A DNA stretch of 64,000 nucleotides, taken from positions 308,284-372,283 of IMG/VR virus record IMGVR_UViG_3300014208_000024. The stretch is one strand, 5' to 3'. Made by a program: the position numbers and the translations under genes. The notes under the pieces are model-generated. The model saw only the letters and a program-made list of their open reading frames with translations. It did no database searches and was not told where the DNA came from. Below are positions 56,067 through 64,000 of the stretch, piece after piece; position 1 is the stretch's first letter, and every line of letters starts with the position of its first letter. This stretch comes from a virus. Its lineage: Duplodnaviria > Caudoviricetes.

Positions 56067-56299
56067 TAATAGTCCGCTGTTTGTTCTGTATAAAAATCTG
56101 CAATATTGTCCATAAATTTTTTAATTGCATCTTCCAGGGATAAAACTGAAAAACAATCTATTAATTGAGTTTTTTCATTTAACTCTTTGCACTTTTGATC
56201 TAATTCATTTTTGTCAAACGAAACATAATTTTCAAAAAAACCACTGGTTCCATTGGAAAAGTTTTTCACTATAACAAAAGTTTCTTTAAGATTTTTCAT
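56066..56299 (-). CDS. Hypothetical protein
   Basis: First gene behind ECF-type promoter 56318-56343. Confidence 0.7.
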   Translation of the reverse strand: MKNLKETFVIVKNFSNGTSGFFENYVSFDKNELDQKCKELNEKTQLIDCFSVLSLEDAIKKFMDNIADFYTEQTADY

Positions 56300-56454
56300 A
56301 GAGATTTTATTATCCTATACGAAAAATCCCCCAAAAGGTTTCAAATGTTCCTTTTTTGTTAATATGTTAAATATTTGTTAAAATTTATCATTCTATTGCT
56401 TTAATTGATATATTTTAATAACTTTGTGTTATAACAACGTTTAAACAAAACAAA

Positions 56455-57447
56455 ATGAAAACAAATGAAAGAATTGTAGAAGTCGAAGTAAAAAGATTTT
56501 ATGTTGACTTAAAAAACCCATTGAACATTTCTACTGACGAAAGGAAAAAAAATGAAATCCCAGTATGTTTAGAATATTGGTTATATCTTCCAGAACCAAA
56601 AGATGGTGAAATTTTATACAAATTAAGGGGAAACGAAAATTGGGGAAGTTTGATAAACATTAAAGATCCAAAATATTACTGTATAAAGCAGAATGAAACT
56701 AAGACCCAGTGGGTTTGTGAAATGGAAGGAAACTCTTATGTGCGAACTTTAATTGAATGGAATGATGTTAACAGAAAAGATACGATAACATGGCATTTAA
56801 ATAAAGATCAAGTTGAAGGAGAAACATATCTTTCAGAAGTTAGATTAGAAGAATTGTTTCGCTTAACCTCTAATACATTAAACAAAAAACCCAAAGAAGA
56901 AACTTTAACAATAAGAATAGACAATTCTAAAAAAAATGATTTTCAAAAAATTTGTGAATCTGAAAACAAAGATATGTCAAGAAGATTAAATGAATTTATT
57001 GAAAAAGAAATAAAAGAAAAAAGGAAAGCATCAATGTTTTTTTCAAACGGAATGAAGTTTGAAAAGTTTATTTACAAAGGGGTCAATGATGATGGTACAT
57101 TTAAAAACGAAGAAGGACAGATAGATGTTAATGGTGGAATTTTAAAAGGATATAGTGATGAAAACAATAATCCATTTATAACAATTTCTCTTCCAAGATC
57201 AGAAGATGGAGTGGTTGAGGGAATTAAAGTTACTTTTAAAAATATTGCCACTTATGATAGTATAATTTTAAGCAAAAACAAATCTGATTTAAATTATATA
57301 GCTGACTTGGAAAAAAGATGCAAATTGGCGCACTTTGCACCATTTGATGATAGAATTGAAAGTGGTGGCAATTTTAATTTTATATGGGATAGCTACACTA
57401 TTAACCTGGCAGAATCATGGATAAAAAAACATCATCCAGAATTATAA
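56455..57447 (+). CDS. Multi-domain protein with internal ribbon-helix-helix-like segment
   Basis: LTIRIDNSKKNDFQKICESENKDMSRRLNEFIEKEI. Confidence 0.55.
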   Translation: MKTNERIVEVEVKRFYVDLKNPLNISTDERKKNEIPVCLEYWLYLPEPKDGEILYKLRGNENWGSLINIKDPKYYCIKQNETKTQWVCEMEGNSYVRTLIEWNDVNRKDTITWHLNKDQVEGETYLSEVRLEELFRLTSNTLNKKPKEETLTIRIDNSKKNDFQKICESENKDMSRRLNEFIEKEIKEKRKASMFFSNGMKFEKFIYKGVNDDGTFKNEEGQIDVNGGILKGYSDENNNPFITISLPRSEDGVVEGIKVTFKNIATYDSIILSKNKSDLNYIADLEKRCKLAHFAPFDDRIESGGNFNFIWDSYTINLAESWIKKHHPEL

Positions 57448-57451
57448 AAAT

Positions 57452-57493
57452 AAATCCCCCAAAAGGTTTCAAATGTTCCTTTGTGGGGGATTT
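57452..57493. terminator. Bidirectional terminator; identical copy at about 58473-58514
   Basis: AAATCCCCCAAAAGGTTTCAAATGTTCCTTTGTGGGGGATTT hairpin. Confidence 0.75.
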
Positions 57494-57505
57494 ATTTATC
57501 ATATG

Positions 57506-57916
57506 TCACATTTGAACAATTATAAATTTGCCTTCTATATAGGAGTTATATCCAAATCTTTTTATCATATATCTTACCACAATATTTAATTGTTCAAGTT
57601 CACAGAGTTCAAATCCAATTTTTCCTTTATATTCGTTTTCTTCCACCCATTCTTTTATTTTATCAAAAGCCAATTTATATAATTTAAAAATCATTTCTTT
57701 ACAATCCATTGCTCCAAATTTTATTTTTCCCACACCCCAGTAAAAACAAAGAACATCATCTTTAATATATCCTATTATTTTTTGATACGGCAATGTATCA
57801 CAACAAAAGTATTCATCAACAATGCCAGTGTTTGGGTATTTGTTTTTATTTACAATACGCCACTTCCTATTTGCTATTGCTAAATATTTTTTTGGATGTT
57901 CTCCTCTGTCACTCAT
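57506..57916 (-). CDS. Hypothetical protein
   Basis: Overlaps upstream gene stop. Confidence 0.65.
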   Translation of the reverse strand: MSDRGEHPKKYLAIANRKWRIVNKNKYPNTGIVDEYFCCDTLPYQKIIGYIKDDVLCFYWGVGKIKFGAMDCKEMIFKLYKLAFDKIKEWVEENEYKGKIGFELCELEQLNIVVRYMIKRFGYNSYIEGKFIIVQM

Positions 57917-58431
57917 AGTAATTCTTTCTTTATTAAAAAAGTATTCATTATTCCTTCAATTTTTAAATAATTATTCATATTCATTTTATTAAACATCTTA
58001 TCGTAAATTAGTTTTCTTTTGTCTATTGCTTGGTAAAATATTATATCAGGATTATGTTCTTCTAAAAACTTTTTAATGATTGCGAAAACTGAATTAAATA
58101 CAAACAATTCCTCTTTATAATTTGTTTTTATGTTATCAATAGGAGTATTGTTTTCATCACATGTTCCCCAGCTTAAAAAAAATATATTATTATTTGAAAT
58201 TATAACATCGTTTATTTCATCTTTTTTTGTAAGAGCAAGAAGTTTATTTGCAGGAGTTTTTTCTAATTTGCTTTTTGGAACATCAAACAACACACAGTAA
58301 TTATTGTTTTTTGTTAAAAAACTATATGTAAATGAATTTTCTGTTTTTTTAAAAAGTAAATTTTTAGGAATTTCTAAATTGTCAAAAATTTCATTTAAAA
58401 TTTCTCTTATTATTTTTTTAATTTTTTTCAT
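57913..58431 (-). CDS. Hypothetical protein with N-terminal tag (related to 51765)
   Basis: Start MKKIKKIIREILNEIF; TATTTAT upstream. Confidence 0.7.
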   Translation of the reverse strand: MKKIKKIIREILNEIFDNLEIPKNLLFKKTENSFTYSFLTKNNNYCVLFDVPKSKLEKTPANKLLALTKKDEINDVIISNNNIFFLSWGTCDENNTPIDNIKTNYKEELFVFNSVFAIIKKFLEEHNPDIIFYQAIDKRKLIYDKMFNKMNMNNYLKIEGIMNTFLIKKELL

Positions 58432-58533
58432 AATAATAAATATAAAAAAAAACTTAACAAATGTCAAATTAAAATCCCCCAAAAGGTTTCAAATGTTCCT
58501 TTGTGGGGGATTTTATTTATATGAATTCTTTTT

Positions 58534-60123
58534 TTAAAGAGTTGTAATTGAAAACATAAGAGTTCTTAGTGTTATAGCACCCGTGGATGATTGATTTTGT
58601 ACTCTAATATCAAAATAATCATTAGGTGACATATCGTTAATAGCATTAAATGAAAATGGATATGGTTGTGCGTTAGTTGCGCATCTAACATCTAAGTCTT
58701 GAAGTCTAACATTTCCATTTTTATATAATGCAACAGAACAAACTTGGTTTGTACCAACTACACTTAAATCACCAGAAATCATAAATGTCCCCTTTCTTGT
58801 TATTGATGGAAGATAAGTGAAGAGTTGAGTTTCAGCCCCACCGCTAAATTTAATCATATCAACAACTACAATAGATGATTGTAATACAGATGCTTTAAAA
58901 TAATTAGTAGTATTAGCTATTGTTGTTGCCGTTGTGTTTCCACTCACCCACACCCAACATTCTGGTTTATAGTTTCTCAATCCAGCATTATTTTCATATC
59001 TAACATCTGATTGTGTTGATGAAGTAAATGTTAAACCGCTTATATAATTTCCTTCCCCATAAAATGCGTTTCCTGTTGCATAATGGAATTCTGGTTTAAC
59101 TGTATTGTCGATATAATTAACTCCAGTTTGTCCAGTCAAAACATTAAAAAGAGTATTTTGAATTGCATAATGATTTGTTGTACCTGTTGGATTTAAATAA
59201 ATAGAATTTGTGCAATTATTTATTGTCAATTCTGACATTAAAATAGAGCCACCGTGAACCCAAACTCCGTTTACACAATTTTCAATTATAGAATCAAAAA
59301 ACCAAAATTCAGAATTTGCGTCAAGTTCTATTGCTTTGAAAAATCCATTAAAATAACATTGATGAATTTCTCCGTATAAATTATCTGTTCCACAATCTAA
59401 ACAACATTGATCATCAATAGAAGAAAGTCCACTTAAACCATAAAAAGACATTCCTTTGAAGTCAGCTTTTGTTTTTATATCAAAAAATGGAGTGGCTGAC
59501 ATTGCGGTTGTGGCACTTAAAACTGTTCCTTCTGTTCCAAAACTTTCAAGCATTAATGGATATGCACAATCTATTGTAATTTTTTCTGAAATGTTGTATG
59601 TGCCAGGATTTATTCTTATTCTTTTTGGACCATCTGCATAGTTGTTGCAATAATCAATACAATCTTTAATTGAAGTGAATAGTTGTGTACCACCAATTGA
59701 TACATCAATTGTTTCGTGAACAACCCTTTCGTTCATTTTTAATCTGTATAAGTATGATGTAGCTCCGCTGCTTCCATATTTATGTGCTATTAAATCCGCT
59801 CTATCATTTGAATTTCTTAGGCAGAAGTTCGGATCTCTTGATATTATTTGATTAGATGTAGTTCTAATAACAATTTCATTTCCAGATTGCACCAATCTTG
59901 GCTTAACAAAAGTCATTATTTTACCAGAATTCAAAGAACTTGCATCTGGAATAGTTATATTCATGTTTCCACCAGTATCATCAATGTGATATATGGTATT
60001 ATATTGAGAAACCGTCCAAGTACCAGCGGACACATATGTACAACCATTTGTTCCAGTTGATGTACCAGATGTTCCGCTAAATGTAAGATAACACAGGTTG
60101 TATGGTTGTGATAAATAGCTCAT
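58534..60123 (-). CDS. Putative virion structural/tail-associated protein with beta-helix-like region
   Basis: S/T/G-rich, repeated short beta strands (F.G....I......F.D..I.NC..GV), phage-fibre-like C-terminal domain. Confidence 0.5.
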   Translation of the reverse strand: MSYLSQPYNLCYLTFSGTSGTSTGTNGCTYVSAGTWTVSQYNTIYHIDDTGGNMNITIPDASSLNSGKIMTFVKPRLVQSGNEIVIRTTSNQIISRDPNFCLRNSNDRADLIAHKYGSSGATSYLYRLKMNERVVHETIDVSIGGTQLFTSIKDCIDYCNNYADGPKRIRINPGTYNISEKITIDCAYPLMLESFGTEGTVLSATTAMSATPFFDIKTKADFKGMSFYGLSGLSSIDDQCCLDCGTDNLYGEIHQCYFNGFFKAIELDANSEFWFFDSIIENCVNGVWVHGGSILMSELTINNCTNSIYLNPTGTTNHYAIQNTLFNVLTGQTGVNYIDNTVKPEFHYATGNAFYGEGNYISGLTFTSSTQSDVRYENNAGLRNYKPECWVWVSGNTTATTIANTTNYFKASVLQSSIVVVDMIKFSGGAETQLFTYLPSITRKGTFMISGDLSVVGTNQVCSVALYKNGNVRLQDLDVRCATNAQPYPFSFNAINDMSPNDYFDIRVQNQSSTGAITLRTLMFSITTL

Positions 60124-60206
60124 ATTCTAAATATTTTTCATTGTTATTTACAATAACTAGCTTGAAAAAATAATTAGAAAGAGTGAAATACAGTGTAAAG
60201 AGGATG

Positions 60207-60623
60207 TTAAATTACAACAAAAGGAGAATTTTTATTGCATTTAATTTTTTCTATTCTATCGACAAAATCATCATACCACTTTTTGTCACCTTCGCATAAA
60301 GGACATTTTGTAAAACTTTGATCAAGATAATAAATTCCACAAATATCGCATATATTCATTTTGTTTTTAGGATCTTTAAGATCACGAACACATGGTGATA
60401 CTTGGGAATACAAATCAACAATTTCTTTTTCCGCCTGTTTAATAGTTAAAGTTTCTTCTTTAACTTTTTTTAATATTTTTGTTAAATATGTTTGTTCATT
60501 ATTTTCACCAACAATTTCAACTTCTTTTTTTCTTTTTTTTACACCAGAAAAACACTCAGGATGTTCAGAGTAAAAATAATAGAAACTATCAAAAGCTTTA
60601 AGATCTTTTTTCTTTTTCCTCAT
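60207..60623 (-). CDS. Hypothetical protein with CxxC zinc finger
   Basis: CDICG...CPLC. Confidence 0.65.
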   Translation of the reverse strand: MRKKKKDLKAFDSFYYFYSEHPECFSGVKKRKKEVEIVGENNEQTYLTKILKKVKEETLTIKQAEKEIVDLYSQVSPCVRDLKDPKNKMNICDICGIYYLDQSFTKCPLCEGDKKWYDDFVDRIEKIKCNKNSPFVVI

Positions 60624-60830
60624 TTTAATAAATTTAAGATTCGCCCAACAATTCCTTTAATTTTCTTTCTAACAACAAAGCACGTCTTCCTTGGCGCTAA
60701 GCTATATTTATTAAAATATCTTTTGGATAATATTTTTCTGCATGTTCTTTCCATCCATCACCAAATGTTGCCGTGACAAAAGGCTGTTCAACCACTTCGT
60801 CTATCTTCTTTAAAATTTCTTCTGATTTTT

Positions 60831-61205
60831 TCATAATTTATTTTGTTTTTCTTGTGAATCTTCTTCTTTTTCATCCAAGTTACTATTACCACAAACTGGG
60901 CAGTAGCAGTCTCCATAATCGCCTGTATCTGCAATCTGTCCTCCACCATCAAGAAGTTCAGAACTTCCCCACCAGCCGCATTTTTTACACTCTGCTGTAT
61001 AGAATTGTCCTCCTGGTGGACAGAATTTAAAGCTGAGGGGTGCTATTTTCAAGTTTTTAACCAATCTGTCGAGACAATCAATTTTATTAACAATTTCCCA
61101 ATTAAACTTGTATTCTATTTTTTGGTTAATAGCACTCAGAATCTCTTTAATTTCATTAACTTGTTTAATATCGTCTTCTGTAATCATAATTTTTTTATTA
61201 TTCAT
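60831..61205 (-). CDS. Hypothetical protein with zinc ribbon
   Basis: CKKCGW...CYCPVCG. Confidence 0.65.
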   Translation of the reverse strand: MNNKKIMITEDDIKQVNEIKEILSAINQKIEYKFNWEIVNKIDCLDRLVKNLKIAPLSFKFCPPGGQFYTAECKKCGWWGSSELLDGGGQIADTGDYGDCYCPVCGNSNLDEKEEDSQEKQNKL

Positions 61206-61776
61206 TCTGAAGTTTAAGATTAAGCATTTCGCCTATTTTTTTCATGTGTTCATTCAGTGATACGCCTTTTAATCCAGTTCTTTCTTCAAACCAATCTCTC
61301 ATTCGTTTGTTTTGTTCGCTGGAACGTTCTTCTTCAACTTCTTTTTTGCACTGATTTAATTCATCCCAGTGAACAAAAACTTTTCTTAAATCTTTTTTAA
61401 GATTTTCAATGATAAATTCAAGTAATTCTTCTTCTGATGGATGTTCTTCAGCTGGAATGTTTAAAAGTTGATTTTGAATATATCTTAGCTCATCAATAAA
61501 AGCCCCTTCTTTAATCTTACTAAGCGATTTTTTCCAGCGTTTCTCTTTTATTAATTGAATTGCCCAATTTAGATAATCATTCCATTTTTCGTCAGTAAAT
61601 GACCAAACAAGTTCAATATATAAACCAGACATAATATCTCTAACGCCAAATTGTGCATTTCCAAATTCTTCCATTCCAGCTTCTACAAGTTGGGTTAACC
61701 TTTTTTTGGTTCTTTCTCTTAATTCGGGCTTACCGTATTCGTAGTAATCTTTGTCATTAATGTCTATTGCTTTCAT
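61198..61776 (-). CDS. Hypothetical protein
   Basis: Operon member. Confidence 0.7.
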   Translation of the reverse strand: MKAIDINDKDYYEYGKPELRERTKKRLTQLVEAGMEEFGNAQFGVRDIMSGLYIELVWSFTDEKWNDYLNWAIQLIKEKRWKKSLSKIKEGAFIDELRYIQNQLLNIPAEEHPSEEELLEFIIENLKKDLRKVFVHWDELNQCKKEVEEERSSEQNKRMRDWFEERTGLKGVSLNEHMKKIGEMLNLKLQNE

Positions 61777-61935
61777 AAAATTTGTTTAAAATTAAAAAAT
61801 AAAACATCCAGTTAAAAATCCAAAAAGAAAAGCCAACAGCCATGCTATCTCCCATTCATACCAACTGTAGTGATACTTTTTTCCAGTTTCATTGTTTATT
61901 ACTGTAAATTTTTTCATAATTGTTTCATAATTATT

Positions 61936-62331
61936 TCACTTTCCATACCACATATAAGCTGGTTTTACTGCCAGGACATTCCAGTCACCATCTACGTGTC
62001 CCCAGTCTTCTGTATAAGCTCTCCAACCAAGCTCATTGCTTCCATCGTGATCAGCATCGATATCCCATCCTTGCAGTGTTGTAGTTTTTGCTTCATCACC
62101 TTTTAGCCATTCGAAAACTAATTCGGCTACTGTTTCTGCTTTAAGGGGTACTGGGAATTTTTGTATATCTTTTTTGGAAGTAGAATCATATTGATAAAGA
62201 CAAATTCCTTTTTCTTTTTTAAATTTCCAGCCTTCGACTGTGTTATTTTCCAATGCTAAGCTGAGAGTTTTTTTTAATCTTTCTAAGCCAACTCCGTTGA
62301 CATTAAAAATTGCGTTGTCTGAATTCCACAT
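61936..62331 (-). CDS. Hypothetical protein
   Basis: Operon member. Confidence 0.7.
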   Translation of the reverse strand: MWNSDNAIFNVNGVGLERLKKTLSLALENNTVEGWKFKKEKGICLYQYDSTSKKDIQKFPVPLKAETVAELVFEWLKGDEAKTTTLQGWDIDADHDGSNELGWRAYTEDWGHVDGDWNVLAVKPAYMWYGK

Positions 62332-62342
62332 TGTAATAAGTT

Positions 62343-62864
62343 TTAAATTTTTTTGAATATATGATAAATCTTTTCGCTTTTGTCTATCTTGTATGTAGTG
62401 TTTCTATGTTCAATATCAACAGTGTCCAAATAGCAAACACAATTATGAAAATTGTTGGCATCAGTTTGATTCCATCTGGTATATTTATCATGTGTTCTTT
62501 GAAAATATGTAATTAAGAAAGCTTCTATATAACCATAGTGTGAAAGTCTAGAATTACTTGTATAGAAAGCAATTTTGTGGCCATTAATAATAGCAAAGAA
62601 AAAACTTATATACACAGGCAACACTTCTTTTGTGGTTTTTGTAATTTTTTTTGTTCCCATACAACTTTGTACACTTATCTCTAAGTTTACTATGTTATAT
62701 AATTTTCCACAATTAATATCTTCCCATTTATATCTATCATGGTTATCTCTCCACAATTGATGTCTTTCTTCATCTGAAGCTTCTACGATCCATTCAACAT
62801 CTTCCATAAAAGGATAGTTAAGAGCCAAGTGAAGTTTGTTTGTGTTGTTTAAACCTGTGTCCAT
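62343..62864 (-). CDS. Hypothetical protein
   Basis: Operon member. Confidence 0.7.
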   Translation of the reverse strand: MDTGLNNTNKLHLALNYPFMEDVEWIVEASDEERHQLWRDNHDRYKWEDINCGKLYNIVNLEISVQSCMGTKKITKTTKEVLPVYISFFFAIINGHKIAFYTSNSRLSHYGYIEAFLITYFQRTHDKYTRWNQTDANNFHNCVCYLDTVDIEHRNTTYKIDKSEKIYHIFKKI

Positions 62865-62872
62865 ATTGATTT

Positions 62873-63127
62873 TTATTTAATAAAATTTTTAATTTTCAGT
62901 TCTGGGAATTTAGAAGTGACACCATGATAAAATTTGCATCCAGTACAATTTCCAATTCCATAATGTAATGGAGTTACACAACTTACGCAACTTCCATGGA
63001 AAATAAAATGAATTTTTTCTGATGGATGTTGTTTTGCATATTCAATCTCATTTAATTTTCCTTTTTCTTCAAATTCAGAATATTCTTTATATTCTTTACT
63101 TGTTTTAAAAACTTTAATAATCCCCAT
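62873..63127 (-). CDS. Hypothetical Cys-rich protein
   Basis: Operon member. Confidence 0.6.
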   Translation of the reverse strand: MGIIKVFKTSKEYKEYSEFEEKGKLNEIEYAKQHPSEKIHFIFHGSCVSCVTPLHYGIGNCTGCKFYHGVTSKFPELKIKNFIK

Positions 63128-63129
63128 GT

Positions 63130-63531
63130 TTATAAATTTTTAACAAGAGCAATTCTTCTTTGAACTTTTTCGTAATGTTCCAAAAATTCTTCTTTAGTTA
63201 TTTCGTCCCATTTTTCTGCATCTTCTGCCCATCTTTTTGGATTAAAATGAGAATGATATTCTAAACCAAACCACGAATCTTCTTTGTCTTGCCAGTAGTT
63301 AATAAGCAAAGACATTGTATCACAACTTTCGTTGTCTATTCCATAAACAAATAAACATCTTATACACTTATCGTGAAATTTGTTTATTTCCTTGAAGCAT
63401 TTTCCAAAATATTTTTTTGATTCTTCCAATCTTTCTTCATGATCAATTTCATCAAGTAGTTTGCGAACTTCTTTTTGCTTATCTCGCAAATCAATTAATT
63501 GATCTACTAATTCTTCTTTTTTTGTTTTCAT
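63130..63531 (-). CDS. Hypothetical protein
   Basis: Operon member. Confidence 0.7.
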   Translation of the reverse strand: MKTKKEELVDQLIDLRDKQKEVRKLLDEIDHEERLEESKKYFGKCFKEINKFHDKCIRCLFVYGIDNESCDTMSLLINYWQDKEDSWFGLEYHSHFNPKRWAEDAEKWDEITKEEFLEHYEKVQRRIALVKNL

Positions 63532-63543
63532 TTATATTCAATG

Positions 63544-63747
63544 TTAAATTTTATTTTCATGAAGGCATCCTATACAAATAAAGAATTTTATTTCAGTAGG
63601 AGGTTGCAAAGCTCTTATTCCTGTGGCGCTTAAATCATATTCAGATCTTATGTCTGTTTCTTCAACTAATAAAACTGCCCCGCAATGTTTACATATAATT
63701 TCTTTTGGAAATTCTTTTTTTTTATTTCCTTCTTTTATAATTTTCAT
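63544..63747 (-). CDS. Small zinc-ribbon protein
   Basis: CKHCG...CIGC. Confidence 0.65.
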   Translation of the reverse strand: MKIIKEGNKKKEFPKEIICKHCGAVLLVEETDIRSEYDLSATGIRALQPPTEIKFFICIGCLHENKI

Positions 63748-64000
63748 GTTAAATTATTTTTTTATTAAATGAAACTATTTTCCCAATCTATTTCGTCAGA
63801 AGATATGTTGTTATTTGTCATGATCGGCCTGGATACTTTATAGTGATATTGAACCGTTCAATAAAATCTATGAAAACTTATGTTTCTTAAATTTTATTTT
63901 CTATAGATTAACTCTATATGGGTGAACGGCAACACCCTCTATTCCCTCCGCAAACGCATTGGGAAATACTTTTCTCATTATGTTATAACTACCATTAACA

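Noticed and set aside
101-63747. Stop-codon reassignment (TAG/TGA recoding as in some Bacteroidota phages)
   Set aside because: Long genes are open in code 11, and TAG/TGA stops are followed directly by terminators or promoters (e.g. 14583, 12381 region, 8245). No suppressor tRNA was seen.

Overview
AT-rich 64-kb segment of a large (jumbo-type) bacteriophage genome in standard code 11, most likely infecting Bacteroidota: canonical TTTG-N19/20-TAnnTTTG promoters occur at 1486-1517, 30179-30210 and about 43794-43824, and genes use A-rich leaders without SD. No capsid, polymerase or integrase core genes are present. Layout: (i) 0.1-8.5 kb holds a P-loop kinase, small hypotheticals, two homing-endonuclease-like genes and an iteron-like repeat patch. 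(ii) 8.7-41.5 kb is an early-gene-like array in which about 57 mostly tiny transcription units (counted by eye) each start with the same bipartite motif CCCWCTTT-N9-TTTGCTTTATATA. A second palindromic element sits a near-constant 27-30 bp upstream of a subset. The array also contains three tRNAs with non-canonical elbows, a tRNA-like RNA, several candidate structured ncRNAs and an ECF sigma factor. (iii) 41.8-43.0 kb is non-coding and carries a perfect parS palindrome. (iv) 43-64 kb holds genes under ECF-type (TGWAAC-N16-CGTA) or TATTTAT(A) promoters, including proteins with a shared N-terminal tag, a RadA-like ATPase and a cryptic CRISPR-like array at 53.86-54.42 kb. That array has 9 degenerate repeats with a covarying stem and an 8-nt 3' handle, hairpin-containing spacers, and no cas genes in the window. 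All calls come from manual reading; no database searches or folding programs were run.
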